A stretch of 64,000 bases of DNA. Source: Candidatus Eiseniibacteriota bacterium (GTDB lineage: Bacteria; Eisenbacteria; RBG-16-71-46). The translations under genes and the position numbers were made by a program. The stretch covers positions 1-64,000 of the forward strand of contig JANLWX010000231.1 in assembly GCA_031364845.1 (NCBI GenBank). Direction: 5' to 3'. A model generated the notes under the pieces. That model saw only the letters and a program-made list of their open reading frames with translations. It did not search any database and was not told where the DNA came from. Below are positions 40,438-51,300 of this stretch, one piece after another (positions within the stretch are counted from its first letter, which is position 1; every line of letters begins with the position of its first letter).

Positions 40438-42000
40438 CTACTTGGCGTAGTCGACCGCGCGCGTCTCGCGGATCACGGTGACGCGGATCTGGCCGGGATA
40501 TTCGAGTTCCTTCTCGATGCGGCGCGCGATGTCGCCCGCGAGGCCCTGCGCGCGGGCGTCGTCGACCTTGCTGTGCTCGACCATGATGCGCACTTCGCGG
40601 CCGGCCTGGATCGCATAGGACTTCTCGACGCCGGCGAACGCGTTGGCGATCTTCTCGAGCGCTTCGAGCCGCTTGATGTAGATCTCGAGGCTCTCGCGCC
40701 GCGCCCCCGGTCGCGCCCCGGACATCGCGTCGGCCGCCGACACCAGCACCGGCCACAGGCTGCCACCCGCGTAGTCGTCGTGGTGGTATCCGATCGCTTC
40801 CAGCACCGGTTGCGGTTCGCCGTAGCGCGTGGCGACTTCCATCCCGAGCGCGGGATGGCTGCCTTCGTGGTCGTGGTCGATCGCCTTGCCGATGTCGTGC
40901 ATCAACCCCGCGCGCTTCGCGGTTTTCTGATCCATGCCGATCTCCGCCGCCATCATGCCGGCGAGGTGCGCGACTTCGATCGAGTGGTTGAGGATGTTCT
41001 GCCCGTAGGAGGTGCGGTAGTGGAGCCGGCCGAGCAGGTAGACGAGTTCGGCGTGCATGCCGTGAACGCCGATCTCGAGGCACGCGGCCTCGCCGAACTC
41101 CCGGATCTTGCCTTCGACCTCGGTCTTCACCTTGGCGACCACTTCCTCGATCCGCGCCGGATGGATGCGTCCGTCGGCGACCAGCCGCTCGAGCGCGATG
41201 CGCGCGATCTCGCGGCGAACCGGATCGAAGCCCGACAGGATCACGGCCTCGGGCGTGTCGTCGATGATCACGTCGATCCCGGTCACGATCTCGAACGAGC
41301 GGATGTTGCGGCCTTCGCGCCCGATGATGCGCCCCTTCATCTCGTCGCTCGGCAGGTGGACGACCGAGACCGAAGAGTCCGAGACGTGATCGGCGGCGTA
41401 ACGCTGCATCGCGAGAACGATGATCTTGCGCGCCTCGCGTTCGCCGTTGCGCTGGGCGTTGTCGCGGATCTCGGTCGTGCGGCGCGCGGCCTCCGAGCGG
41501 GCTTCTGCCTCGATCGAGGAGATCAGCTGCAGTCGCGCGTCCTCGGCGGTGAGTCCGGCGATGCGCTCGAGCCGGCTGCGCTGCTCCTGGACCACCTGAT
41601 CGAGTTCCTGCGTGCGCGAGGTGACCGCGGTTTCGCGCTGTGAGAGATCGTGCTCGGAACGTTTGAGATCGCGGTCCTTCTTCTCGATCACCTCGACGCG
41701 CCGGCTGAAGGCGACTTCCTTCTCCTGAAACGCGCGCTCGGCCGCGAGCTGGTTGTTGCGTGCTTCGAGCATCTCGCGTTCGAGCTGCTGCTTGAGCCGC
41801 AGCGCCTCCTCGCGGCTCTCGAGCACGGCGTTGCGCTTGAGCGCCTCGGCCTCGCGCTGGGCCTCTTCGGTGAGCGAGACCGCGCGGCGTTCTGCGCCCA
41901 GCACCTGCGAGCGGCCGAGCTGGGCGCGAAGGAAGAAGCCGATCACAAACGACACGACGGCACCGAGGACGATGCCGCCGATCAGGGTCACGTCAGACAT
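40438..42000 (-). CDS. rny: Ribonuclease Y
   Basis: N-terminal TM, coiled coil, KH ([13 protein letters not shown]), HD (HDIGK) and AIQAGREVR. Confidence 0.97.
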   Translation of the reverse strand: MSDVTLIGGIVLGAVVSFVIGFFLRAQLGRSQVLGAERRAVSLTEEAQREAEALKRNAVLESREEALRLKQQLEREMLEARNNQLAAERAFQEKEVAFSRRVEVIEKKDRDLKRSEHDLSQRETAVTSRTQELDQVVQEQRSRLERIAGLTAEDARLQLISSIEAEARSEAARRTTEIRDNAQRNGEREARKIIVLAMQRYAADHVSDSSVSVVHLPSDEMKGRIIGREGRNIRSFEIVTGIDVIIDDTPEAVILSGFDPVRREIARIALERLVADGRIHPARIEEVVAKVKTEVEGKIREFGEAACLEIGVHGMHAELVYLLGRLHYRTSYGQNILNHSIEVAHLAGMMAAEIGMDQKTAKRAGLMHDIGKAIDHDHEGSHPALGMEVATRYGEPQPVLEAIGYHHDDYAGGSLWPVLVSAADAMSGARPGARRESLEIYIKRLEALEKIANAFAGVEKSYAIQAGREVRIMVEHSKVDDARAQGLAGDIARRIEKELEYPGQIRVTVIRETRAVDYAK

Positions 42001-42070
42001 TCATTCTCCCTGAGCATCCGCGTCCGGCGTTTGCGGCAACGCCGGGCGGCGGACGCCCGGGCAGGGAAAA

Positions 42071-42272
42071 ATCCCCGCCAAATACCGTGTGCTTGTGGGG
42101 TTCTTGAGACCTGGCGAGCCAGGTGGGCGTCCCTACGACCGGGTCGGCACTCCCCGGATTCCGGCGCCATACCGAACGCGGAATGCCGGAGCACAACGTC
42201 GCCGGCCACCAGAACACCCAGAACGAAAGTATTGGTTCAAGAACTCCGAGGCATCACGAGCACGGCAGGGAA
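42071..42272 (-). ncRNA. ssrS: 6S RNA
   Basis: Lies between zapA and rny. Ends pair (TCCCTGCC/GGCGGGGA, CCGTG/CACGG); inner GTTCTTGAACC pairs with GGTCTCAAGAAC around a central bubble. Boundaries approximate. Confidence 0.8.
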
Positions 42273-42303
42273 AACGCTGCGGCCTCTGATTCCGTTCGCC
42301 GCC

Positions 42304-42615
42304 TTACTTTCCTGGCGCTCCTTCGAGCACTTCGTCCAGGACGGCGGTGAGATGCGCCGTGCGCGTGCTGAGGTCGCGCAGATCGCGATCCTCGGTTTCG
42401 CGCCGTGCGCGCTCTTTGAACAGCTCGTCGGCAATATTGAGAGACGCGAGAATCGCCACTTTGGAGAGCGAGGCCACCGGCAGCTTTTCAGTGATCTCGC
42501 GCATCTTGCGGTCCACATACGCGGCGACCTCCAGGATGTACTCCTGGTTCGCTTCGCCGCGTATCGTGTACGAGTGGCCGAAGATCTCGACCTGAACGAC
42601 GTTCTTGGCGAGCAT
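42304..42615 (-). CDS. zapA: Cell division protein ZapA
   Basis: VEIFGHSYTI, VAAYVDRKMREI and AILASLNIADEL. Confidence 0.93.
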   Translation of the reverse strand: MLAKNVVQVEIFGHSYTIRGEANQEYILEVAAYVDRKMREITEKLPVASLSKVAILASLNIADELFKERARRETEDRDLRDLSTRTAHLTAVLDEVLEGAPGK

Positions 42616-42672
42616 GGCGCCTCCGTCTTTGCAGCATACTTCCCTGCGCTCTGATCCCGTTGAATTGAGGCC

Positions 42673-42794
42673 GCAGGCTGCTGAAAAACCCGATTGCTGC
42701 GTTGCTCGGTCGCTCCTCGCTTCGACGTATCCTTCGGATACGCCTCGCTCGTCGCTTCCCTCGCGCCTTGCACTCGGCTTCTTCAGCAGCCTGC
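42673..42794. mobile_element. 122-bp MITE/REP-like palindromic element
   Basis: Perfect 13-bp terminal inverted repeats GCAGGCTGCTGAA / TTCAGCAGCCTGC, central hairpin CGTATCC-TTC-GGATACG; abuts the TAG stop of zapB. Confidence 0.7.
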
Positions 42795-43090
42795 TAAGCT
42801 TCGAGCTTCTCGAGCTTCTTGAGCATCGACTCGACGCGCGAAGCGACGTCTCGACGTTCGCTGTGCCAATCCTTCTGCTCGCGACGCAAGGTCCCGAGTT
42901 CCTGCAGCAGCGCCGCCACGTCCTGACCCTGAAGTCGCTGCTCCAATTCCGCGGACCGTTGCAAGAGCTCGTCGCGCTCCTGCGTGGCGCGCTGGGCTTC
43001 GTCGCGGAGCTTCTGTACCAGCTGGGCTGCCCTCTCGACCCGCTCGCTCAGCCGGTCGAGATCCGTCTGCATCAACGCGGTCTCGGTCAT
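42794..43090 (-). CDS. zapB: ZapB-like coiled-coil protein
   Basis: All-helical heptad pattern (LDRLSERVERAAQLVQKLRDE...RVESML.KL); pheT-zapB-zapA synteny; ATGA overlap with pheT. Confidence 0.7.
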   Translation of the reverse strand: MTETALMQTDLDRLSERVERAAQLVQKLRDEAQRATQERDELLQRSAELEQRLQGQDVAALLQELGTLRREQKDWHSERRDVASRVESMLKKLEKLEA

Positions 43091-45543
43091 TTTTCTCTCA
43101 ACTGGCCGCCACATTCCTTCGCGACGGCCATCACCATGCGTTCCTGGATGGCCTGGACCTCGGGCTCCGTCATGGTCCGCTCGGGATGCATGAAGCGCAA
43201 CGCGAACGCCATGCTCTTCATCTCGGTCGGAGTACCCGGGCCAGCGTACACGTCGAACAATTCGAGCGAGGCCAGCCGCTCTCCGGCGGCAACGGTCAGC
43301 GCGCGCTCGAGGTGCTGGTGCGTCACGCTCTCGGGCACGAAAAATGCGAGGTCGCGGCGCACCGGAGGAAAGCGACCGGGCATCGAGGCTCGGGGCGTGC
43401 GTTGCGCGGAGTGGATCAAAGGCTCGAGCAAGGCCACGAACACGTGAACCTGCGCGTCGATCTCCCACTCCTTGAGCAGCGTCTGGCCCAGAGTTCCCGC
43501 CCATCCAATGCGTGAAGCCGAGCTTGCAACCTCCGCACTGGCATCGCGTTTCCAGCCGTCGCCAGAATAGGCTCGCCATTCAGGGGTGTCAACGCGCAAC
43601 TCCTGGAGCCATGCCTCCCAGATTCCACGCGCATCGGCGAAGTCGACCGGCTGCTGCGAGGTGTCGTGCGCATGCGCATATCGGGGTCCGGTAAGGAGTG
43701 CCGCGATCATCAGCGTCTCGGCCGGCAGCGTGGCTTCGCCGTTCGCGGCGATGCGCGCACTCTCGTCCGTGTTCCACGCGAACCCGTGGCCGATCTCGAA
43801 CAGCCGCACCGCTTCGACACCCTGCTTGAGATTGTGCGCGCACGCGCGCAAGAGCCCGCCGAGCAGATTCGGCCGCAGCACTTCGTGCTCGCGGCTCATC
43901 GGATTGCGCAAGCGCACGAGTCGCGCGGGATCGGCGCCGAGCACCGTGGCGGTGATCTGCGCCTCGCGTTCGGACAGCAGGCTGGTCGAGCACGCTTCGG
44001 TGAGTCCGCGCGCGAGCATCGCGGCGCGCGCGGCGGCGATCGTGCGCTCGCGCGCGGAGCGCACGGCGTAGGCGCCGCTGGTCTCGAGCGGCACATCGGG
44101 AATGCGGTCGTAGCCGTTGGAGCGCGCGACCTCTTCGACCAGGTCGTCTTCAAGCGCCACGTCGATGCGCCATGGCGGCACCGTGACCGAGATCGGGTCT
44201 CCGGGCTTCACGCCGAACTCCAGCGCCTCGAGATGACGCGCGGCATCCGCTGCCGAAACCGGCATGCCGATCACGCGCGCGCAGCGCGAGGCGCGCAGCT
44301 CGAGCACGCGCGGCGCGCGCGCATCGACGTTGCGCTCGCACGCCGCCCCCGCCCTCATGCCCGGACACAACGTTGCGAGCAGTTCAAGGAAGCGCGCGAC
44401 CGCGACCGCGCCGATCTCGGGATCGACACCGCGCTCGTAGCGCTTGGAGGCTTCGGTCGAAAGTCCGAGGCTGCGCGCGCCGCGCCGCACGCGCGTCGGT
44501 TCGAACCACGCGCACTCGAGCAGCAGCCGCGTGGTGGCGGCATGGACTTCGCTGTCGGCGCCGCCCATCACGCCCGCGACCGCGACCGCGGCGTCGCGAT
44601 CGGCGATCACCAGCACTTCGGGATTCAGTTCGCGCTCCTTGCCGTCGAGCGTCACCAGCTTCTCTCCCGCGCGCGCGAGGCGCACGCGGATCGCGGGACC
44701 CTTCAGGCGATCGAGATCGAACGCGTGCAGCGGCTGGCCGAGCTCGAACAACACGAAGTTCGTGAGGTCGACGACGTTGTTGATCGGACGCTGGCCGATC
44801 GCTTCGAGCCGCTGGGCGAGCCACGCCGGCGAAGGGGCGATAGAGATGCCTTCGATCGCATGCGCGATATAGCGCGGACACCCGCGCGGTTCTTTGAGTT
44901 CGAGGTCGAACGGGCCCGCGGCACTGACCGCGCTCCAGCGGCGATCGAACCGCGCGCGGGCGCCTTCGGTCCAGCGTCCGCCGAAGGCGGCCTTCACCTC
45001 GCGCGCGAGACCCACGACGCCCATGCCGTCCGGACGGTTGAACGGGATCTCGACTTCGAGCACCGAGTCCGCCGGGCCGAACAGCTGTTCGGCCGGCCGC
45101 CCGGGCGTGAGATCGGCACCCGCGAACACACGCTCGAGATCGACGATGCCGTCGTGGTCGTCGCTGATCTCCAGTTCGCGCGCCGAGCACAGCATGCCCT
45201 GGCTCTCCTCGCCGCGGATCTTGCTCTTCTTGATCACGAGCCCGCCCGGGAGCCTGGCTCCCACCGTCGCGAGCGGCACGACCATTCCCGCGCGCACGTT
45301 CGGCGCGCCGCACACGACGCGCAGTTCACCCGCGCCGCCGTCGACCTTGCACAGCGACAGTTTGTCGGCGTTCGGATGCTTCTGCACATCGAGGATGCGC
45401 GCGACCACCACACCGGTGAAGCTCGGACCGTGCACCTCGATGCCTTCGACATAGAACCCGCGGCGCGTGAGCGCTTCGGCGATGTCCTCGGCCGTGGCTT
45501 CGACTTCGATCCACTCGCGCAACCATGACAGCGACAGTTTCAT
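43087..45543 (-). CDS. pheT: Phenylalanine--tRNA ligase beta subunit
   Basis: MKLSLSWLREW, HPNADKL, VCGAPN, SQGMLCS, NRPD, GQPLHAFD, DLVEEVAR..GYD and FDX-ACB (RRDLAF). Confidence 0.97.
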   Translation of the reverse strand: MKLSLSWLREWIEVEATAEDIAEALTRRGFYVEGIEVHGPSFTGVVVARILDVQKHPNADKLSLCKVDGGAGELRVVCGAPNVRAGMVVPLATVGARLPGGLVIKKSKIRGEESQGMLCSARELEISDDHDGIVDLERVFAGADLTPGRPAEQLFGPADSVLEVEIPFNRPDGMGVVGLAREVKAAFGGRWTEGARARFDRRWSAVSAAGPFDLELKEPRGCPRYIAHAIEGISIAPSPAWLAQRLEAIGQRPINNVVDLTNFVLFELGQPLHAFDLDRLKGPAIRVRLARAGEKLVTLDGKERELNPEVLVIADRDAAVAVAGVMGGADSEVHAATTRLLLECAWFEPTRVRRGARSLGLSTEASKRYERGVDPEIGAVAVARFLELLATLCPGMRAGAACERNVDARAPRVLELRASRCARVIGMPVSAADAARHLEALEFGVKPGDPISVTVPPWRIDVALEDDLVEEVARSNGYDRIPDVPLETSGAYAVRSARERTIAAARAAMLARGLTEACSTSLLSEREAQITATVLGADPARLVRLRNPMSREHEVLRPNLLGGLLRACAHNLKQGVEAVRLFEIGHGFAWNTDESARIAANGEATLPAETLMIAALLTGPRYAHAHDTSQQPVDFADARGIWEAWLQELRVDTPEWRAYSGDGWKRDASAEVASSASRIGWAGTLGQTLLKEWEIDAQVHVFVALLEPLIHSAQRTPRASMPGRFPPVRRDLAFFVPESVTHQHLERALTVAAGERLASLELFDVYAGPGTPTEMKSMAFALRFMHPERTMTEPEVQAIQERMVMAVAKECGGQLREK

Positions 45544-45609
45544 CGAACACTTCCCTGGCGAGAGGCGGTTGGGACGGTCAGCGGTCGCCGCGGGATTACC
45601 GCGCGGCGG

Positions 45610-46761
45610 TCAGAACTGGTTCAGGAAACGGAGGTCGTTCTCGAGGAACATGCGGATCTCGCCGACGCCGTGGCGCAGCATCGCGATCCGCTCGATGCCC
45701 ATGCCGAACGCGAAGCCGGTGTACTCCTCGGGGTCGTAGCCGACCGCGCGGAACACGTTCGGGTGCACCATGCCCGACCCGAGCACTTCGAGCCATCCGG
45801 ATCCTTTGCACACGCTGCAGCGCTTGGTCGTACCGCCGTCGGTCACCTGGCCCGCGCCGTCGCAGATCGTGCACGACACGTCCATCTGAGCGCCCGGCTC
45901 GACGAACGGAAAGTAGATGGGGATGAAGCGCGTTCGCACCTGGGCGCCGAACAGCGCGCGCGCGAAGGTGTTCAGCGTGCTCTTCAAGTCCGCCATGCTG
46001 ACGTTCTTCCCGACATAGAGACCGTCGATCTGGTGGAACTGATCCATGTGGCTCGCGTCGATCTGCTCGGCACGGTAGACGCGCCCCGGAAACACGAGCC
46101 GCAGCGGCGGCTTCATCTCCGACATCGCGCGCACCCAGCCCGGGGACGTGTGCGTGCGCATCAAGAGCGAGTCGGTGACGAAGTAGGTGTCGTGCGCGTC
46201 GCGCGCCGGATGATCGGGCGGGAAGTTGAGGCGCGTGAAGTTGAATTCGTCGCGCTCGACTTCGGGGCTCGTGTACACCGAATAGCCGAGACCGTGGAAC
46301 AGGTCGAGCAGCTCGTCGTAGATCTGCATCAGCAGATGCCGGCGTCCGACCCACGGCAGTCGTCCGGGCAGCGTGACGTCGGTCGCTCCGCGCGACTCGG
46401 CCGCGCGTGCGTGCGCGGCGCGCACGGCTTCGTGCAGATCCTCGAGCAGCCGCTTGGCGAGGTTGAGCGCGCGGCCGCGAACCTTGCGCTGATCGAGTGG
46501 CAGTTGCGGGATCTCGGCGAGCGCGCGGGTCAGATCCCCGCGCTCGCGCCCGAGTGCCGCGGTGAAGCGGCTCACGAGCGTCGCCGCATCCGCGGCTCCT
46601 GCGATCGCATGTCCGTAGGCACTCACCGCATCGGCGACCTCACGGTCGATCGCCGACAGCTGAGCGATCCGCTCGGCCCAATCCGCCACCCGCGTGGCGG
46701 GATCGGTTCGTTCCCAGCCGTCTTCGAGTCCGCGCACCAGGGGTGCGGCGGGGGCGCTCAC
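45610..46761 (-). CDS. pheS: Phenylalanine--tRNA ligase alpha subunit
   Basis: [52 protein letters not shown] and NDLRFL.QF. Confidence 0.96.
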   Translation of the reverse strand: MSAPAAPLVRGLEDGWERTDPATRVADWAERIAQLSAIDREVADAVSAYGHAIAGAADAATLVSRFTAALGRERGDLTRALAEIPQLPLDQRKVRGRALNLAKRLLEDLHEAVRAAHARAAESRGATDVTLPGRLPWVGRRHLLMQIYDELLDLFHGLGYSVYTSPEVERDEFNFTRLNFPPDHPARDAHDTYFVTDSLLMRTHTSPGWVRAMSEMKPPLRLVFPGRVYRAEQIDASHMDQFHQIDGLYVGKNVSMADLKSTLNTFARALFGAQVRTRFIPIYFPFVEPGAQMDVSCTICDGAGQVTDGGTTKRCSVCKGSGWLEVLGSGMVHPNVFRAVGYDPEEYTGFAFGMGIERIAMLRHGVGEIRMFLENDLRFLNQF

Positions 46762-47114
46762 GCTGCCGCCGACTTCGCGACCTCCGCGAGACGCGCAAAC
46801 GCCGTCTCGTCACGCACGGCGAGGTCCGCGAGCAGCTTCCGATTGACCTCGATGTTCGCGCGCTTCAATCCCGAGATCAGCGTGCTGTACGACAGGCCGT
46901 TGATGCGCGCGGCCGCGTTGATGCGCGTGATCCACAGGCGGCGGAAATCCCGCTTCTTCGCGCGGCGATGCTCCCACGCGAACTGCCCCGCGCGCTGAAC
47001 GGTCTGCAGCGCGGTCTTGAACAGCTTGCGACGACCCTGGAAATTTCCCTTGGCTGCCTTGAGGACCTTCTTACGTCGGGCGCGGCCGGGAACTACTGTT
47101 TTTGCGCGTGGCAT
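46758..47114 (-). CDS. rplT: 50S ribosomal protein L20
   Basis: MPRAK...[25 protein letters not shown] and NRKLLADLA. Confidence 0.97.
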   Translation of the reverse strand: MPRAKTVVPGRARRKKVLKAAKGNFQGRRKLFKTALQTVQRAGQFAWEHRRAKKRDFRRLWITRINAAARINGLSYSTLISGLKRANIEVNRKLLADLAVRDETAFARLAEVAKSAAA

Positions 47115-47192
47115 GACTCAAACCTCCATCCCCGCAGTACCGGATGCGGCGCGGGGAAATTGAACGAATCTGTGGACGACGAAGCGTCCCGA

Positions 47193-47390
47193 TTACCGCT
47201 TGCCGAGCATGCGCAGGACGCGCGGCTGATCGACATCAGCCACCATCGCGGTCCCGACCAGCTTGCGCTTGCGACCGCGAGGCTTTCCGATCATTCCGTG
47301 ACGGAGACCGGAGTGTGCTCGCTTCGCCTTACCGCTTCCCGTGAGCTTGAATCGCTTCGCGGCGGCGCGGTTGGATTTCTGCTTGGGCAT
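47193..47390 (-). CDS. rpmI: 50S ribosomal protein L35
   Basis: MPKQKSNRAAAKRFKLTGSGK. Confidence 0.96.
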   Translation of the reverse strand: MPKQKSNRAAAKRFKLTGSGKAKRAHSGLRHGMIGKPRGRKRKLVGTAMVADVDQPRVLRMLGKR

Positions 47391-47392
47391 CG

Positions 47393-48031
47393 TTACTCCT
47401 TCGAACCGGCTTCCATGCGGATGCCGGAGGACGCGGACGAACTCTTCTCGCCAGCACCCGGGTGGTCGTTGTCTTCCGTCATTTCACGGTGCTCCTTGCT
47501 GCCGGGCTTCGGGGGCCTCGGCATCAGCACCGTCGTCAGCGAGCGCCCTTCGGAACGCGGCGGGGATTCCACCGTCGAAACGTCGGTCAACTCGGCGATG
47601 ATCTTCTGGATCAACGTGAAGCCGATGTCCATGTGCGCCATTTCACGGCCGCGGAACGTGATCGTGAACTTGACCTTGTCGCGTCCGTTCAGGAAGTCGC
47701 GCGCATGGTTCATCTTGAAGTCGTAGTCGTGGTCGTCGATCTTCGGGCGCATCTTCACTTCTTTGAGCTGCATCTGGTGCTGCTTCTTCTTGGCCTTGCG
47801 CGCGCGGCGGTTCTGTTCGTACTTGAACTTCCCGTAGTCCATGATCCGGCACACCGGCGGCCGCGCCGTCGGGGAAACTTCCACGAGATCGAGGCCGCGG
47901 GACTGCGCGAGCTGCAACGCCTCGCGCGTGGCGAGCACTCCGACCTGTGACCCATCGTCCCCGATCACTCGGACCTGGGGGACGCGGATGCGTTCGTTCA
48001 CCCGAACTTCAGGCTGCTTGGCTACTGAAAT
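47393..48031 (-). CDS. infC: Translation initiation factor IF-3 (AUU start)
   Basis: RVNERIR, LDLVEVSP...PPVCRIMDYGKFKYE, KEVKMRP.I and FRGRE. GGAGGT RBS 7 nt before in-frame ATT at 48029-48031. Confidence 0.95.
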   Translation of the reverse strand: MSVAKQPEVRVNERIRVPQVRVIGDDGSQVGVLATREALQLAQSRGLDLVEVSPTARPPVCRIMDYGKFKYEQNRRARKAKKKQHQMQLKEVKMRPKIDDHDYDFKMNHARDFLNGRDKVKFTITFRGREMAHMDIGFTLIQKIIAELTDVSTVESPPRSEGRSLTTVLMPRPPKPGSKEHREMTEDNDHPGAGEKSSSASSGIRMEAGSKE

Positions 48032-48089
48032 GGTTGCCACCTCCGCGAGAGCGGTTCGCTGCAGGGCCCGGAGCGCATGCGACGCATGC

Positions 48090-48256
48090 AAAAAAACGCC
48101 GGGCAGGGTTCCAAGCAGAAACCCCGCCCGGCGTTGCCGGAAGACCAGGCACCCACGAATGATCGCGGAATGCGTGCGTCCGAAGCGAGAACCCTTGAGC
48201 GAGACCCAGAGGTCCGCGGGGGTGAGAAGCCGGTAGGGCTTCTGCTTGAAGTAAGA
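48090..48256 (-). ncRNA. L20-leader-like attenuator upstream of infC-rpmI-rplT
   Basis: 5' AAGCAGAAGCCCTACCGGCTTCTCACC, then terminator AACGCCGGGCGGGGTTTCTGCTTGGAACCCTGCCCGGCGTTTTTTT. GGGTTTCTGCTT in the terminator is complementary to the 5' AAGCAGAAGCCC. Confidence 0.75.
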
Positions 48257-48264
48257 CGTCGGGC

Positions 48265-48293
48265 AGTTTAGGGGGCCTGGGGTGGAATTGCAA
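48265..48293 (-). promoter_or_regulatory. Sigma-70 promoter of infC operon
   Basis: Minus strand TTGCAA-N17-TAAACT just upstream of the leader. Confidence 0.7.
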
Positions 48294-48384
48294 GGCCTGC
48301 CGGGGGCCTCGCGCGGTTGCTGCCGAGGCAGGGTCCGGGCTGGCCGGCCCGCGCGGGACCGTCAGCCCTCCCCCGTGACCTTCC

Positions 48385-51300
48385 CTACTGAACGACCACG
48401 AACCTCCCCGTGACGCGTTCCGTCCCCTGGCTCAATCGCGCGAAATACATTCCGGGCTTGAGCGATCGGGCGCCCGCGATCCGCACGTCGTGCGTGCCGG
48501 CCGACAGCCCTTCGAGTGCTTCGCGCACGAAGCGGCGTCCGCCGAGGTCGTAGATCTCGAACGTCGCCGCACCCGCGCGCGGCAGCGCGAGTGATACGAG
48601 CACGCCGCGCGATCCGGCATCCCACCGCACTGCGGACATCGCGAGCGCGGTGTTGCCGGGGACCGAAACCGACGTCTCGCCCACGAACACCTCTCCCGAC
48701 GCGAGCATGATGCCGAGCCGGTAGGCGTACTGCGCGCCCGGAACCACGTCGTAGTCGTCGAACGTCAGACGATGCGACCCATCCGGCACCAGCCGCGCCA
48801 CGTGCGTCCATTCGCGTGCACCCTCACGCCGGTAGACCGCGGCTTCCGGAACGTCGGCGGTCATCCACACCACGCGCACCCGTTCGGAGTTGGCCTCGGT
48901 GGTCACGACCGATGCCTGCACAGGAGTCGAGCTCACGCAGTTGGCAATGCCGCCCTGCCACGAGATGTAGTTGCGATTGATCGGCATCGTGAGCTGCGGG
49001 TCATAGTTGAGTTGGAAGGGCTGGAACAGCTGAATCTCGTTCAGCAGGAGGCACATGGGTTCCGAGCAACCGGCGCAACTGCCGCTGCCGGTGGTCTTGG
49101 AACGCAGGATATTTGCCTTGAACGCGTAGTACTCGGTTTCGGGATCGACCGGCGCCGCACTTTCGATCGGAACCGCCGCCTGGATCCGGAACCGCGCACG
49201 GCTGGGCGAACCGAAACCGACATCGTAGGCATAACCGCCTGCCGCCTGTCCGGCGAAGTAGTCGACGCACGTGAACGGCCCGGAAGTGAAGTCGAAACTG
49301 GTCGCGAGCCCGGTGGTCGAGCGGCATTGCTGGCTGCCATGCCGCCACCAGTCGGGCAAGGTGGCCGTATTGGACCGGATGTCGATCTGGGCGGACATGC
49401 CGGCGAACTCCGTGACGTTCGGCGGAGGAATGAATGATGCGATCATCGCGAATGCGGAACCAGAGTTCGCATCGCAGGCGAACGTCATGTTCTCGGTGCC
49501 CGCGGTTCCGCAGTCGCTCCACGACAGGTTGATGCCGCCGTTCGTGATCATCAGGGGCCCCACACGGAACGTGCTGTCCGAGACCGCGGTCCCGCCGGGA
49601 TTGGTGACGCTGATCGGACCGTTCGTGGCTCCGGTGGGAACGGTGGCGGTGATTCTCACATCGGAAGAAATACTGAACGGCGTCGGAAGTCCGTTGAACC
49701 GGACGGACGACGTGTACAGGAAGTTCTCCCCCGTGATGGTGATCGTGCTCCCCACCGGCGCCTGGCGAGGCGAGAAACTCGCGATGCGCGGCGCGACGAT
49801 GAACGTGCCGGCCGACGTCATCGAACCGTTCGGTGTGCTGACTTCGATGAATCCCGTGCGCGCACCGGCCGGGACGGTGGCGTGAATCACCGAGTCCGAT
49901 ACGGTCGTGAACAGAGCCGGCCGCAAGTCGAAGGTGACGAGCGAAGTTGCGGTGAAATGCAGTCCGCGGATCGTGACCACGGTGCCGGGTGCTCCCGCGC
50001 CCGGCGTGAACGACTGAACGTCCGGCAGCGGACCCGGAACTCCCTGCCACGCGATCGTCTTGTGATCGAGTGCGGTCGTGATCACCGGGTCGTACTTGAA
50101 CTCGGGCGTCTGGAACAACTGGATCTGCCGCAGCGTGAGGCTCACGGGAACGTTGCACCCCGAGCAACTGCCCGTACCCGTCGACTGCGTGCGGAGGAGA
50201 TTCACCTTGAAGGCGTGGTACTCGACGGCCGGATCCAACGCGACGCGATGGGAGTTCATGAATCCGAACACTTCGATCCTGGCCATGTTCGCGCCGCCGA
50301 ATCCGACCGTGTAGTCGAGGGTGCCCGTCACCAGTTCCTGCCAGGGGTTCACGCAGGAGCCCGGGGCCAGCGAGAAGTCGAAGTTCGACGTGAGGTCGCC
50401 GGTGCCGCGGCAGAACGAGGAACCGTGCTTCCACCACTCGGGCAGCGCGGAGCCCGACGCGATCCGGATGTCCCCGGAGAGACCGATCATCTCGGTGACG
50501 CCCACCGGCGGTTTGAACGATGCGAACGCCGTGACCGTTCCCGTGTTCACGTTGCAGGCGAAGTTCTTCAAGTCGGCGCCCGCCGCGCCGCATGCATCCC
50601 ACGACAGGTTGATGAATCCCGGCGGCAGCGGCCCGACCGTGAACGCGATGTCGGAGATGTCCTCACCCGCGGGATTGGCGACGCGCAGCGGACCGCTGGT
50701 GGTGCCCGCCGGCACCGGGGCCGTGAGCATCGAGTCGTTGACGATGGTGAACGTGGCGTCGAGGCCGTTGAATTCGACGTCGTTGACGTTGATGAAGTTC
50801 ACGCCGCGCACGGTGATGACGTGACCCACGGGTGCCTGCCGCGGCGCGAACGACGTGATGATCGGAGCGACGCTGAACAGATCGTCGCTGACGTCGCTGC
50901 CCTGAATCGTCGCGACCGTGATCCGGCCGGTGCGCGCGCCGGGCGGTACCGAAGTCGCGATGGTCGTGTCCGAGGTCACGGAGAACGACGCACTCAACGT
51001 GTGAAAGAGCACGGAATTCGTTCCGGTGAAGTGCGCGCCGCGAATCGTGACCGGCTGTCCCGGGGCACCCGCCATGGGTGAGAACGAGTCGATCACCGGC
51101 GGCGGACCCGGCTCCGCCTGCCACGCGATCGCGTTGCGAAGCTGCGGTGTCGTGATCACGGGATCGAAGCCGAGTTCCGGGGACTGCATCAGCTGTAGCT
51201 GCTCGAGCGTGAGCGAAACGGGCACGTTGCATCCGGAGCACGCACCCGCTCCGGTCGTCGCGGTACGAAGCACCTGCACCTTGAACGCGTTGTACTCGCG

